Source: Eledone cirrhosa (lineage: Eukaryota). From it: DNA of 64,000 nt. The notes under the pieces were generated by a model. It was given only the letters and a program-made list of their open reading frames with translations. It was not told the origin of the DNA and did not search any database. Every line of letters begins with the position of its first letter. Within the stretch, counting starts at the first letter, position 1. The position numbers were made by a program, and so were the translations under genes. Location of the stretch: contig OZ024752.1 of NCBI GenBank assembly GCA_964016885.1, positions 26,102,001 to 26,166,000 of the forward strand, written 5' to 3'. This document shows positions 45,693 through 62,184 of the stretch, piece by piece.

Positions 45693-46558
45693 TAAGGTAA
45701 TCGATTCTTTTACAATGGAATTAGCTCGAAGGAGGAAAATACCCAATGAGCCGTGTATAAACTAATATGTATGTGATGAAACACAGATACCAACACATCT
45801 GTATATATATTGCAAAAGAAAATTTAGCCACATTGAAGTATACTAATTATTATACTACAGTTTGTCCATATCGATTTAAAATAATAAATCAACAAAGACG
45901 AACTGTATTGCCAAGAGGCTATGATGTTTAGACACATTTAAATTTCAAAATCAAACCTGTTCCGTAGATAAGTTTAAACTTTAAAATCCAAATATGTTTC
46001 GAGTTAAATAAGTGTAGGAATATCATGTCCTGCCCTCCTCAGTAAACATCCAGGAACAAATTGATATGCTTCACTTCTAAATAATTTAAAAGACTGCGTG
46101 ACGCACATGGTTTAACAGTATCTAGCTAGTCTCATAACCGTACTGCTAGAAATAACAGTCGTATACATGAGGCGGCTTTCAGCTCAGACTAGGAGCAGTT
46201 ATTAATAAGGTAATGGATTCTTTTACAATGGAATTAGCTCGAAGGAGGAAAATACCCAATGAGCCGTGTATAAACTAATATGTATGTGATGAAACACAGA
46301 TACCAACACATCTGTATATATATTGCAAAAGAAAATTTAGCCACATTGAAGTATACTAATTATTATACTACAGTTTGTCCATATCGATTTAAAATAATAA
46401 ATCAACAAAGACGAACTGCATTGCCAAGAGGCTATGATGTTTAGACACATTTAAATTTCAAAATCAAACCTGTTCCGTAGATAAGTTTAAACTTTTCTTT
46501 TGCAATATATATACAAATGTGTTGGTATCTGTGTTTCATCACATACATATTAGTTTAT
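45688..46558 (-). mobile_element. HHR retrozyme-like family H: 513-bp monomer x~1.6 plus inverted piece 46495-46558
   Basis: ATTAATAAGGTAAT at 45688 and 46201. Confidence 0.82.
45923..46050 (-). ncRNA. Type I hammerhead with long stem III (family H)
   Basis: GATGTTTA-CTGAGGA-GGG..CTC-GAAA-CATATTTGGATTT..AAATTTAAATGTG-TC-TAAACATC. Confidence 0.78.
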
Positions 46559-46579
46559 TTATATATATATATATATATA

Positions 46580-47005
46580 TACATACAGGCACACATATAT
46601 ATATGTACGTATCAGTTTAGCGAATATTTATTATAACATTCGTGCCGTACTAAGAGTGAGAAATGAAATTTCGTTTCATTCTATTCCAACTTATCGTTTT
46701 CGGTGCGCCTGGCCGACTGAACTCACTCGATATGCAAATTAGTCTGCTCAGCCGTTAATTTTCATAAGGAACGTATATACTTTCGAACGTTCAACCATCT
46801 GGCAGAAGGGTATACAGTGCTGACGATAGCTAAGAAGCTTGAAAATAGTACATCGTTCCTCTGTCAGTGTTGAACAAAAAGGTGACGTGGTTGCCTTAAC
46901 ACCGTACGGCATAAATCAGTCTGTCCGTTTGTTTACAAACGAACAAAGCGAATGTTATAATAAATATTCGCTAAACTGATACGTACATATATATATGTGT
47001 GCCTG

Positions 47006-47047
<42 letters not shown>

Positions 47048-47161
47048 GAAGGCTACTGTACGTCTGTATACATATATGTATGTACGTATACATACATACT
47101 TACATTTAAGTAAGTGCCGTACTAAGAGTGAGAAATGAAATTTCTTTTCATTCTATTCCAA

Positions 47162-47165
<4 letters not shown>
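46580..47165 (+). mobile_element. Family A copy with inverted 5' piece; HHR partly degenerate
   Basis: Identity to family A; stems I and III mutated (ACAGTG, GAAAATAG). Confidence 0.82.
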
Positions 47166-47223
<58 letters not shown>

Positions 47224-47245
47224 TATATATATATACATATATACA

Positions 47246-47284
<39 letters not shown>

Positions 47285-47398
47285 TACAGTATATATATAT
47301 ATATACATACATATATACAGTATATATATATATATATACATATATATAGTATATATATATATATATATATACATATATATAGTATATATATATATATA

Positions 47399-49241
47399 CA
47401 GTTGGGTGCGGATGCATTCATGTATATATGTGTGTGTCCGCATGTATCTGTGTGTTTTTAAATATATTAATAACTCCCTCTGGTCGAGCAATCTTTGAGG
47501 TGTGGGGACAACTGGAAAGCTTCCATTACTCATACTTCTCGCCTTCTTCACTACCTCTTCTACGGCCTCGATATGAATACCCCCTCCGCCTCCGTGGTAT
47601 TTTCTTCGTGGTTATAAGAGGCTTAGCTCTGTTTCTCGACCGTTATATCGCGTGACTATCTCCCCCTCCGCCTTTTGGGATTCTTTCTCACGTCGTGTAG
47701 ACGCGTTCTTGAGACTAGTAAAATGAGGTATCCTCTTGATAAGTTGGCAGACCTCGCAAGGACTCTATATCTTTGATATATTGTTTTTGTTTATGCCACG
47801 AAACTACGTAGTCGAGGAATTTAGGAACAGTTTAGGTATGATACATTTTATTACTAATTATATCTAAATGTTTCTTCTCTCTTCATAATGTATTTTTAAC
47901 TCTGATACTGGTTCAGTCTGGTTCAAACTGAATTGGTCTGTCCCAGTCATTCATTGAGCAACATCGGTGAAGTTGGCACCCTTAACTCACAGTTGGGTGC
48001 GGATGCATTCATGTATATATGTGTGTGTCCGCATGTATCTGTGTGTTTTTAAATATATTAATAACTCCCTCTGGTCGAGCAATCTTTGAGGTGTGGGGAC
48101 AACTGGAAAGCTTCCATTACTCATACTTCTCGCCTTCTTCACTACCTCTTCTACGGCCTCGATATGAATACCCCCTCCGCCTCCGTGGTATTTTCTTCGT
48201 GGTTATAAGAGGCTTAGCTCTGTTTCTCGACCGTTATATCGCGTGACTATCTCCCCCTCCGCCTTTTGGGATTCTTTCTCACGTCGTGTAGACGCGTTCT
48301 TGAGACTAGTAAAATGAGGTATCCTCTTGATAAGTTGGCAGACCTCGCAAGGACTCTATATCTTTGATATATTGTTTTTGTTTATGCCACGAAACTACGT
48401 AGTCGAGGAATTTAGGAACAGTTTAGGTATGATACATTTTATTACTAATTATATCTAAATGTTTCTTCTCTCTTCATAATGTATTTTTAACTCTGATACT
48501 GGTTCAGTCTGGTTCAAACTGAATTGGTCTGTCCCAGTCATTCATTGAGCAACATCGGTGAAGTTGGCACCCTTAACTCACAGTTGGGTGCGGATGCATT
48601 CATGTATATATGTGTGTGTCCGCATGTATCTGTGTGTTTTTAAATATATTAATAACTCCCTCTGGTCGAGCAATCTTTGAGGTGTGGGGACAACTGGAAA
48701 GCTTCCATTACTCATACTTCTCGCCTTCTTCACTACCTCTTCTACGGCCTCGATATGAATACCCCCTCCGCCTCCGTGGTATTTTCTTCGTGGTTATAAG
48801 AGGCTTAGCTCTGTTTCTCGACCGTTATATCGCGTGACTATCTCCCCCTCCGCCTTTTGGGATTCTTTCTCACGTCGTGTAGACGCGTTCTTGAGACTAG
48901 TAAAATGAGGTATCCTCTTGATAAGTTGGCAGACCTCGCAAGGACTCTATATCTTTGATATATTGTTTTTGTTTATGCCACGAAACTACGTAGTCGAGGA
49001 ATTTAGGAACAGTTTAGGTATGATACATTTTATTACTAATTATATCTAAATGTTTCTTCTCTCTTCATAATGTATTTTTAACTCTGATACTGGTTCAGTC
49101 TGGTTCAAACTGAATTGGTCTGTCCCAGTCATTCATTGAGCAACATCGGTGAAGTTGGCACCCTTAACTCACAGTTGGGTGCGGATGCATTCATGTATAT
49201 ATGTGTGTGTCCGCATGTATCTGTGTGTTTTTAAATATATT
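47399..49241 (+). mobile_element. HHR retrozyme-like family I: ~3.1 apparently identical tandem 591-bp monomers
   Basis: Units start at 47399, 47990, 48581, 49172; (TA)n flanks; absent from the paralogous block at ~53700. Confidence 0.9.
47731..47818 (+). ncRNA. Type I hammerhead with U3-A8 core variant (repeats at 48322-48409 and 48913-49000)
   Basis: TCCTC-TTGATAA-GTTGGCA..TGCCAC-GAAA-CTACGTAG-TC-GAGGA. Confidence 0.78.
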
Positions 49242-49416
49242 ATATATATATATATATATATATACATATATATATAGTATATATATATATACATATATAT
49301 AGTATATATATATATATATACATATATACAGTATATATATATATATACATATATACAGTATATATATATATATATATACATATATACAGTATATACAGTA
49401 TATATATATATATATA

Positions 49417-49505
<89 letters not shown>

Positions 49506-49542
49506 GCATATATATATATATGCATATATATATATATATATA

Positions 49543-49584
<42 letters not shown>

Positions 49585-49638
49585 TAAACAAATAATGAAT
49601 AAAACAATGAAACAGTTCCTTATATTAAACAAAAAAAG

Positions 49639-49793
49639 TTCATTATTTAACGATCGTTTCTAGGATATATATGTGTTAGAATTGGCATGCATACTCAACA
49701 GATCTATGTACAAAATTATACAAAATTATACAAACTATCAAGATTAAATATACATACCAAACACACATATATGCCGTCTTCAGAAATAATGAA
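49639..49793 (-). ncRNA. Type I hammerhead with very long stem II (family J, minus arm)
   Basis: Reverse complement of 49845-49999. Confidence 0.72.
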
Positions 49794-49844
49794 ATATATT
49801 TCATTATAATAATGAAATATATTAAATATAATAATGAAATATAT

Positions 49845-49999
49845 TTCATTATTTCTGAAGACGGCATATATGTGTGTTTGGTATGTATATTTAATCTTGA
49901 TAGTTTGTATAATTTTGTATAATTTTGTACATAGATCTGTTGAGTATGCATGCCAATTCTAACACATATATATCCTAGAAACGATCGTTAAATAATGAA
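49845..49999 (+). ncRNA. Type I hammerhead with ~115-nt stem II (family J)
   Basis: TTCATTATTT-CTGAAGA-[CGGCATATATGTGT..TTGGTATGTATATTTAAT../..GTTGAGTATGCATGCCAA..ACACATATATATCCTA]-GAAA-CGATCG-TT-AAATAATGAA. Confidence 0.72.
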
Positions 50000-50193
50000 C
50001 TTTTTTTGTTTAATATAAGGAACTGTTTCATTGTTTTATTCATTATTTGTTTAATATTTTATCTTGACTCTGTATTCCGTTTATCTTTCACCGAAAGTGA
50101 TTTTTCATTACATCTCTTCTTTCCATGATATCCGGAATACATTGAGTTCTTCATACGGATTGGACACTACCGTAAACTCTTGGTAGATTTATC

Positions 50194-50289
<96 letters not shown>

Positions 50290-50476
50290 TATATACACAC
50301 ACACACATATATATATATATCAGTACGTGTATGAGCGTATCAGTGTAAAGCAAGAATTTCAATATTGCACGTTTGGTTCAACAAACAAAACTGGAGAATC
50401 AATTAACCAATTTAATTTTAAATCATTCATATTCTGTCTAACGATGTTTTGTATCATGAATGCACACGTGTGTATG

Positions 50477-50551
<75 letters not shown>

Positions 50552-50829
50552 TGTGTGCGCGTGTGTGTGTATTTATGTATAACATATATATTTACATACG
50601 TCCATATATATATATATATATTTTTTTTTTAAGTAAACAGAGAACAAAAAAAAAACGTGTAAGCGAAGAGATAGTACAAATGTTATTATTATTATACATA
50701 TATATATATATGTATACACATATATATAGTTATATACATCTATATACTTATACAAATACATATATATATATATATGCCTTATATAAATACATATATATAT
50801 ATATATCTTGTATATTCAATTATATTATA

Positions 50830-50880
<51 letters not shown>

Positions 50881-50916
50881 GTAATCATATATGCATGTAT
50901 ATATACGTATATATAC

Positions 50917-50973
<57 letters not shown>

Positions 50974-50998
50974 TAATCATATATGCATGTATATACAC

Positions 50999-51065
<67 letters not shown>

Positions 51066-51175
51066 CATAATCATATATGCATGTATATACACGTATATAT
51101 ATATATATTATACATAATTATATATGCATCTAGAAATACGTATATATACGTATATATACGTATACATATATATAT

Positions 51176-51218
<43 letters not shown>

Positions 51219-51262
51219 CATACATAAATTTATATATATATGCATATATACATGCATATAGA

Positions 51263-51300
<38 letters not shown>

Positions 51301-51601
51301 TAGTACATACACATATTTATATATATATTTATAAATATATTTATATATTTATATATTTAAGTTGGCAGTGATAGATGAAATTATGAAGAGAGGTTTCCTT
51401 TGCAATGATATAAAGATAGAAAAGAACTGAACATGGCCGACATTCTAAGATAAGCATATTTTAACAGCCTATACTAGAAACAAAAATATCATCAAATATA
51501 GTTGAAGAAATTTATTTGTTCCTCACTTATTATATTGGGAAACAAGGTGACGTGCATTAACATACATGTGTATATACATGTGGATATATATATATATATG
51601 C

Positions 51602-51710
<109 letters not shown>

Positions 51711-51736
51711 TATCGTATATATATATATATATTTAT

Positions 51737-52110
51737 ATAATTGTTTCTACTTTTTGGCACAAGGCCAGCAATTATCCCAGGGTATTACAGGTACTTTATT
51801 TTATCGACACCATAAGAATGAAAGGCAAAGTTAACCTCGTCGGGATTTGAACTCACATCATAAAGGGCCGTAACTCTTTGCTGCCAAGCATGGCGTCCGG
51901 CTCTCTACCGATACTGCCAATAATTTTTTTCTACTTTAGGCACAAGGGCAGCAATTACCCAGTACATTACTGGTACTTTATTTCATCGACCCCGTAAGGA
52001 TGAAAGGCAAAGTTAACCTCGGCGGGATTTGAACTCAGACTGTAAAGGGACGTAACTATGCTAGGAAGCATGGCGTTCAACCCTCTACCGATACTGCCAA
52101 TTCACCGCCC
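51737..52110 (-). mobile_element. Two tandem Nin-type tRNA SINEs
   Basis: Two successive matches to 25762-25953 (51737-51921, 51922-52110). Confidence 0.8.
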
Positions 52111-52177
52111 TATATATATTCATATTTCCTAAATTTTGTTTTCAAATCCATATTTATTAAAAACACCATGTTATTTA

Positions 52178-52238
52178 TTCATTCTGATGACTGAAGACAG
52201 ATAGAACATCTGCCTTCAAGAAACCACTGGTAAATGAA
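52178..52238 (+). ncRNA. Type I hammerhead (solo short element, family K, ~52120-52290)
   Basis: TTCATT-CTGATGA-CTGAAGACAGAT..ATCTGCCTTCAA-GAAA-CCACTGG-TA-AATGAA. Confidence 0.75.
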
Positions 52239-52313
52239 ATAGTTATCTTATGTTATTTATTACATAACTATATAATGTATGTGTATATATTATGTGTATA
52301 TATATATATATAT

Positions 52314-52682
52314 ATAAAAACAAATAACGAAACGAAATTAAATTTCGTTTCGCTTCTAACTCACTTTTGTATGACTGACGCTTAAACAATTAAGTTAAAG
52401 TGTACATCTACATATGTATACGGAAGTATTAGTATGCATATAAATACACACATGTATACATATGTACATGTACTCAGCTTTTCACTAGACACTTTACAGT
52501 GAGTGTCAGCTAGTCTGTATGTAACCACACAGGCGGACCGGGTTTTAGAGTCATACGAGTTTTCAAGGAAACACATTTCCTCTATTCTCCAGAGGGCCAG
52601 ACAGGAATATTGGACTAGTTTCGATGTTATTACATCTCATCAGCAATATTTACCCATCTTCCGGCTTCTCTGGAGAATTGTA

Positions 52683-52686
<4 letters not shown>
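52314..52686 (-). mobile_element. HHR retrozyme-like family F, minus copy (HHR 52606-52650)
   Basis: Circular permutation of 56211-56663. Confidence 0.85.
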
Positions 52687-56214
<3,528 letters not shown>

Positions 56215-56303
56215 TGAGTTAGAAGCGAAACGAAATTTAATTTCGTTTCGTTATTTGTTTTTATCGTTTCCGCTGAACCGGTGCGTACAATGACTCACGT
56301 TCT

Positions 56304-56350
56304 ATGCAAATTAGTCTACCCACTACTAATTTTCATAGAAAAAGCATATA
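56304..56350 (+). promoter_or_regulatory. Candidate snRNA-type promoter module (family F)
   Basis: ATGCAAAT at 56304, TAATTTTCATA at 56327, CATATA at 56345; matches family A spacing. Confidence 0.4.
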
Positions 56351-56396
56351 ACGATATGTGCTTTTACAATTCTCCAGAGAAGCCGGAAGATGGGTA

Positions 56397-56441
56397 AATA
56401 TTGCTGATGAGATGTAATAACATCGAAACTAGTCCAATATT
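56397..56441 (+). ncRNA. Minimal type I hammerhead (family F)
   Basis: AATATTG-CTGATGA-GATGTAATAACATC-GAAA-CTAG-TC-CAATATT, enclosed by ATTCTCCAGAG/CTCTGGAGAAT. Confidence 0.92.
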
Positions 56442-56724
56442 CCTGTCTGGCCCTCTGGAGAATAGAGGAAATGTGTTTCCTTGAAAACTCGTATGACTCT
56501 AAAACCCGGTCCGCCTGTGTGGTTACATACAGACTAGCTGACACTCACTGTAAAGTGTCTAGTGAAAAGCTGAGTACATGTACATATGTATACATGTGTG
56601 TATTTATATGCATACTAATACTTCCGTATACATATGTAGATGTACACTTTAACTTAATTGTTTATATATATATATATATATGTATACATATAAAATATAT
56701 AGAATATAATATATATATATGTAT

Positions 56725-56880
56725 ATTCCTGGACCGGGTGGTGCGTTATGTCCTTGAGCAAAACACTTTATTTCATGTTGCTCCTTCTAGCTGGAGTGCG
56801 ACCGATAGATAGTATTAGCAATTGGAAAGACTATTGGAAACATTGTTTCCTCGGTCCTATTTAACGTAAGTCGATCGACA
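56725..56880 (+). mobile_element. CORE-type SINE, 5'-truncated
   Basis: GTCCTTGAGCAAAACACTTTATTTCATGTTGC; matches 15710-15875. Confidence 0.7.
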
Positions 56881-57199
56881 ATTTTATATATATATATATG
56901 TATTCGGATATATAAACGGAGTTAAAGACTCGCGTTAATCTCCTGTAATTTTATGAGTTCAAGTAATACATCACCGGGCTCTTAATAATACAGTATATAG
57001 AGAAGAAAACCCAAAAGAGGTTATGTTTTCAATTACAAGGGGTAAAGAACCCCTAGAGTGCAGCAGATGTTAGAGGATGTCTTATGTCTGCGGCGTCTTC
57101 GATTCTTAATCATGGAAAATGAAATCCTTGGTACTGTTATATATATATATCAAAGGTATATATTGAGTTAGAAACTCACAATAGTCTCTTACAATTAAA

Positions 57200-58890
57200 T
57201 AGCTCAAGGAAAGAAATTTTTTCGGGCCGTGTAATTTAATTGAATATAAACGAGAGATGAACACTGTTCAAATCGTAAAGGACCAGATTCGCTACGGTGA
57301 AAAAAATTTCAACTTCACTCTCACAATTAATATGCTCTTTGATACTCCATCTCTTGGACACGGCTAAAGATTGTCAATTCCTATCGGAACGCTTCCATTT
57401 CGCCAAATTGCAATCTTTGCAATCTCGAGACTCTATTGATAATTACAAATTATGAAAATTTAATTAACAAGAAGAACGAATTATTTAGCAGCTGCCAACA
57501 TAGAACCGGTAAAACATTCCAAGCATTATACAAGTTTCGAAAGAATATTGACAATTAATAATTTTATAAATATATTTATATTTATAATGTTTGCCTTACT
57601 AGAGTAATAATGTATTGATATTTTATCTATTATAATAATTTCATTATGAGTCTCTGTATCCTACGTTTTGATCAGGACAGTTCAATATTTAACTTGACAA
57701 TTGTTGATTTATGGTTCAGAAATATCACTAGATTTCAGAGTAGATATATCGTTTAATGCTCACATTTGGTGAATGAGTTATCTTCCTTTTGTTTACATTC
57801 TTCGCAAATATTTTTATTCTGTTTGAATAGCTTGCTATTTAATTTTTTACATAAATTATATAGTTGAATAATATAAGAATTTCTTTAAAAGGAAACTAAT
57901 AATTTGTAATTACTGAAGTAAATTAACGAAATAAAACTTTTGAGAGTAAATATAACTAAAATTTAATCCTGTAATTATATGATAATTAAATATTTGAAAT
58001 GATTTAACAAAGGTGGTATATGCATGTATTTTAATATATTTTTTAATACAGGTTTAATAATTATTTAAATATGCTTTAAAGATAATTTTTTTTAAAGTTG
58101 TAACAAAATACTTATGGAATATATTACCTAAACCAGAAATTAAAATCTATAATGAGTTAAATTAAATTATATAAATTTTTAATTAAATAAATATGTGACG
58201 GCTATGAAAAGTAATGTATATTGATTAATTTTCATATATTATATTAGTATAATTAGCTTAACCATAACCAAACACTAGAGATATTCAATGGTCTATGGTA
58301 ATTGATTGGTTGCCTCAATTTACCTAATATTTGAAAACAACGGTTTTTTCTACTTATTTCCCCACCCATAATTTTCTTTTGTCGTTATTTCTTCTTTCTT
58401 CTTTTTCTTATTTTTTATATATATTTCTTCCTCTATTTCACCCATCTAAATATTCATTTAAATATTTATATATGTATATTTTTTTCTTTTTCTTATTTTT
58501 TTCTTGCATCTCCTCTTCTTTACACCCTCTTATATCTCTAATTCGCTCCACGTCCTTTTCTTCTTTAAGTTTATCATATTATTATTTGTGGTATATAAAT
58601 GTTGAGATGTGATGAAATAAATCACTGCCAATACTGGAATGGAAATATCAAGACCGTAGAGGTATGTCATATATCAAATCTTATATTTTATCTGACGAGG
58701 GCGTACTGGAAAAAAACAACACAGTACCTTCTAAATATATATAATAAAGCATATATTTTGATTATGTGAATATCTTCATTTGTTAATATTTTGAATAATA
58801 TTAAAACTCCAGGAATATTTCTTGTTGAGTGCTTTTAATCGATTGTAAAACTGTATTCATTGAGTAATCATTGAACCATATTAATCTTTG
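57200..58890 (+). mobile_element. Degenerate second Naiad-type PLE 3' part (GIY-YIG end, long AT-rich UTR, pLTR HHR)
   Basis: 57409-57558 reads CNLCNLETLLIITNYENLINKKNELFSSCQHR, matching CNLCILETHTIIFSNHNLLNKKSEVFATCQHR; upstream STSLSQLI; HHR-like motif at 58686-58749. Confidence 0.72.
58686..58749 (+). ncRNA. Degenerate hammerhead (GAAA to TAAA), homologous to family G
   Basis: TTTTAT-CTGACGA-GGGCGTACTG..CAGTACCTTC-TAAA-TATATA-TA-ATAAAG. Confidence 0.55.
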
Positions 58891-58892
58891 GT

Positions 58893-58969
<77 letters not shown>

Positions 58970-59210
58970 TACACACACACTTATCTAAGCAGCCGGAACA
59001 TCTTTCTGTGAGAGTTCCTTATATTCTGAAGAAGGGAATTTTAAGTCCCGGAATATTAGGCCTAAGGAAATAGCAAAAAAGAAAAAGAGAGACAAAACAA
59101 AGATTACCTGACTCACTTTTCTGTTATCTTCCATTGTGGATTGTTTAGTCTTATAAAACTTTCCACATTATATATTATATACAATGCTTCGGACAAACTA
59201 CTTTTTATTA
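58970..59210. repeat. Dispersed repeat; diverged inverted copy at 62181-62440
   Basis: CCGGAACAT..CCTTATATTCTGAAGAAGGGA..AAGTCCCGGAATATTAG shared. Confidence 0.7.
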
Positions 59211-59214
59211 TATA

Positions 59215-60511
59215 CTAGCATTAAAGCCCGGCGTTGCTCGGGGTCATTAAGTTACCAAAGTTAGGTTGCACCACCCATTTTATGGCAGCATTTTTTTGTC
59301 TGCCAGGCACTGGGTGAATGAGCTGCGATGGAGTTGTTCTGCATGGTTGTCTGTGTGTTTTCTAAATTTAAGACAGTAAGGAGGGTTGTGATATGAGGGA
59401 GAGTTAGCTGTTGTTTCTAGCAGGTTTAGTGACCTCATAGAGGATATGTGTTTTCTAAATTTAAGACAGTAGGGAGTGGTGTGATATGGGGGAGAGTTAG
59501 CTGCTGTTTCTAGCAGGTTTAGTGACCTCATAGAAGATATATTTTCTAAATTTAAGACAGTAGGGAGGGGTGTGATATGGGGGAGAGTTAGCTGCTGTTT
59601 CTAGCAGGTTTAGTAACCTCATAGAGGATATGTGTTTTCTAAATTTAAGACAGTAGGGAGTGGTGTGATATGGGGGAGAGTTAGCTGCTGTTTCTAGCAG
59701 GTTTAGTGACCTCATAGAAGATATGTTTTCTAAATTTAAGACAGTAGGGAGGGGTGTGGTATGGGGGAGAGTTAGCTGCAGTTTCTAGCAGGTTTAGTGA
59801 CCTCATAGAGGATATTATTGTTTAACATTATCTATAAAAGGCAGATTGTTGTTGTTGTTGTGTGTGTGCACATGTTCCATGTTTATACATTTGCACAATT
59901 TCAAACCGATTCGATTCAAAGTCTGTAAGAATCCACGTTCGTTGAGAGGTTTTAAAAAAGATTTATCGCTTGTTGTTGAATAAATGTATCTGTTGCTTTT
60001 GAATAATTGTCGTTTCGTATGAAATGTAATAATTGAGCAACTAAAAGTTAGTGTGGTTATAAATCACGCACGTTGTTTAATTGCTTTAAATGTTTTGTTA
60101 TCATTTGAAGTGAGTGTGTGTTTGTATGCGTTTGTAAATAAATCAGTAAGTTTGAAGTATAAAAGAGAAAGTAGCAAAATGTGTGGATAGAGGAAAACAG
60201 ATGATATGAGAGAGTAAAACGGACAGTATCACCATCAAGCTTGGAAAGAGAAAGTAGCAGAAACTATGAAGTTGTATAGATTTTGAATGGTAGTAGAAAG
60301 AGTTTAGCAGTTTAAATGAGAGAGAAAAATCGTAAAATATTGAGTTTTATCTATTTTTTGCGTAATTGTGGGTGAAATTGAAAAAATTAGATCTGCCAAA
60401 ACGCAATCGAAGCTATTTCGAATACTGAATTGTAAATTTCAATTGAAGAAATTCTATATCGTAGATTTCTATAACAAAGGAGCATGTCCATACACTGAGC
60501 TTTATAGATTA

Positions 60512-60514
<3 letters not shown>
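59215..60514 (-). mobile_element. Non-autonomous Helitron
   Basis: Minus strand begins A|TC(ATAATCTATAAAGCTC) and ends with hairpin CCCGAGCAACGCCGGG, then CTAG|T. Confidence 0.78.
59352..59814. repeat. 5x ~92-bp tandem repeat inside the Helitron
   Basis: TTTTCTAAATTTAAGACAGTAGGGAG..GCTGCTGTTTCTAGCAGGTTTAGTGACCTCATAG repeated. Confidence 0.92.
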
Positions 60515-60597
<83 letters not shown>

Positions 60598-60737
60598 TTA
60601 TATACATATGTCTATGTGTGCGTACAACAATAAATACATATGTCTACATATATGTATGTGTGTGCATGTGTATGCGACATCATGATGTCATACGAATAAA
60701 ACAGTTCTGGGCCTGTAGAAGTAATTTCTAGATATAA

Positions 60738-60928
60738 TAATTGTTTCTACTTTTTGGCACAAGGCCAGCAATTATTTCAGTGTATTACTGGTACTTTATT
60801 TTATCGACCCCGTAAGGACGAAAGGCAAAGCAAACCACGGCGGAATTTGAACTCACACAATAAAGGGCCGTAACTCTTTGCTGCAAAGCATGGCGTCCGA
60901 CCCTCTACCGATACTGCCAATCCATGCC
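60738..60928 (-). mobile_element. Nin-type tRNA SINE
   Basis: Matches 25762-25953. Confidence 0.8.
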
Positions 60929-61112
60929 GAATATATGTATATATATATATCATGAAAAAAATTCTACATTTTCTATGTATTTTATCTGAGGAGGACATGT
61001 TTTGCTTTATTTTATACATAAAACTTTACATCTTCGAAATATATATAATGAAATAAATAGAGATGATATAAAGTATATATCTTTCGTTTATCACTATTAT
61101 AAATATATATAT

Positions 61113-61912
61113 ATATAATTTAACCTGTAAGTTATATACTTCTCGCCACCAAAAGTTCTACATAAATTGAGGTCTTTCATATAAGACTAAACATGAATAA
61201 GACTACCATGAATAAATAGTAGGTCATCTCAATCTCGATATTTTTAGAGCTTGCTTTATTATATGACAAGATAACATGTGATGAATGAAATTCTGAAGAG
61301 AGTTTCTTTTGAAATAATATAGAGATACAAACAACCGCTAGATAGTCGTGGACGATATTGTAAGATCAACACAGCCTCAGATTCAACACTGGAGGTGAAA
61401 ATATCTTCAAATATATTTAAGAAATTTCTTTGTACATAACTTAAAATACACACACTCAAAGAACTCATACATTTTCCAATATATATATATATATATATAT
61501 GTATGTATTTATATATATATGTGGGGGGGGGGGGATTTTGTTTATGTTATACGTGTATTTGTATATGTTTACATATTTGTTTGACAGTGTGTGTATTTTA
61601 AGTTATGTACAAAGAAATTTCTTAAATATATTTGAAGATATTTTCAACTCCAGTGTTGAATCTGAGGCTGTGTTGATCTTACAATGTCGTCCACGACAAT
61701 CTAGCGGTTGTTTGTATCTCTATATTATTTCAAAAGAAACCCTCTTCAGAATTTCATTCATCACATATTATCTTGTCATATAATAAAGCAAGCTCTAAAA
61801 ATATCGAGATTGAGATGACCTACTATTTATTCATGTTTAGTCTTATATGAAAGACCTCAATTTATGTAGAACTTTTGGTGGCGAGAAGTATATAACTTAC
61901 AGGTTAAATTAT
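61113..61912. repeat. ~330-bp inverted repeat pair (61113-61457 and 61586-61912) in TA-rich flanks
   Basis: Arms are reverse complements with few substitutions. Confidence 0.85.
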
Positions 61913-62055
61913 ATATATATACTTCTGCAGGCCTAGAGCTGTTTTATTCGTATGAAATCGTGAGGAATGTCACATACACATGCACACACATACATATATG
62001 TAGACATATGTATTTCCTGTTGTACGCACACAAAGACATATGTATATAAATGTAA

Positions 62056-62184
<129 letters not shown>

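Larger units (their letters stand above)
49576..50197. mobile_element. HHR element family J as ~230-bp-arm palindrome (49576-50062) plus 3' extension
   Basis: Near-perfect inverted arms; extension 50110-50197 resembles 36385-36470; absent from the paralogous block at ~54450. Confidence 0.82.

Noticed and set aside
47428-48837. Repeated 75-aa ORF (and 66-aa ORF at 34018-35124) as small protein genes
   Set aside because: Non-ATG starts and no recognisable domain; recurrence is explained by tandem repetition of the element
59020-59070. CTGAAGA-AGGGA..TCCC-GGAA motif (also 62345-62400)
   Set aside because: GGAA instead of GAAA in both copies, and stems I/III do not close convincingly
61286-61430. 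CTGAAGA...GAAA hammerhead-like motif in the 330-bp inverted pair
   Set aside because: Weak stem II, and stem I partner not adjacent to a UH triplet; at best degenerate
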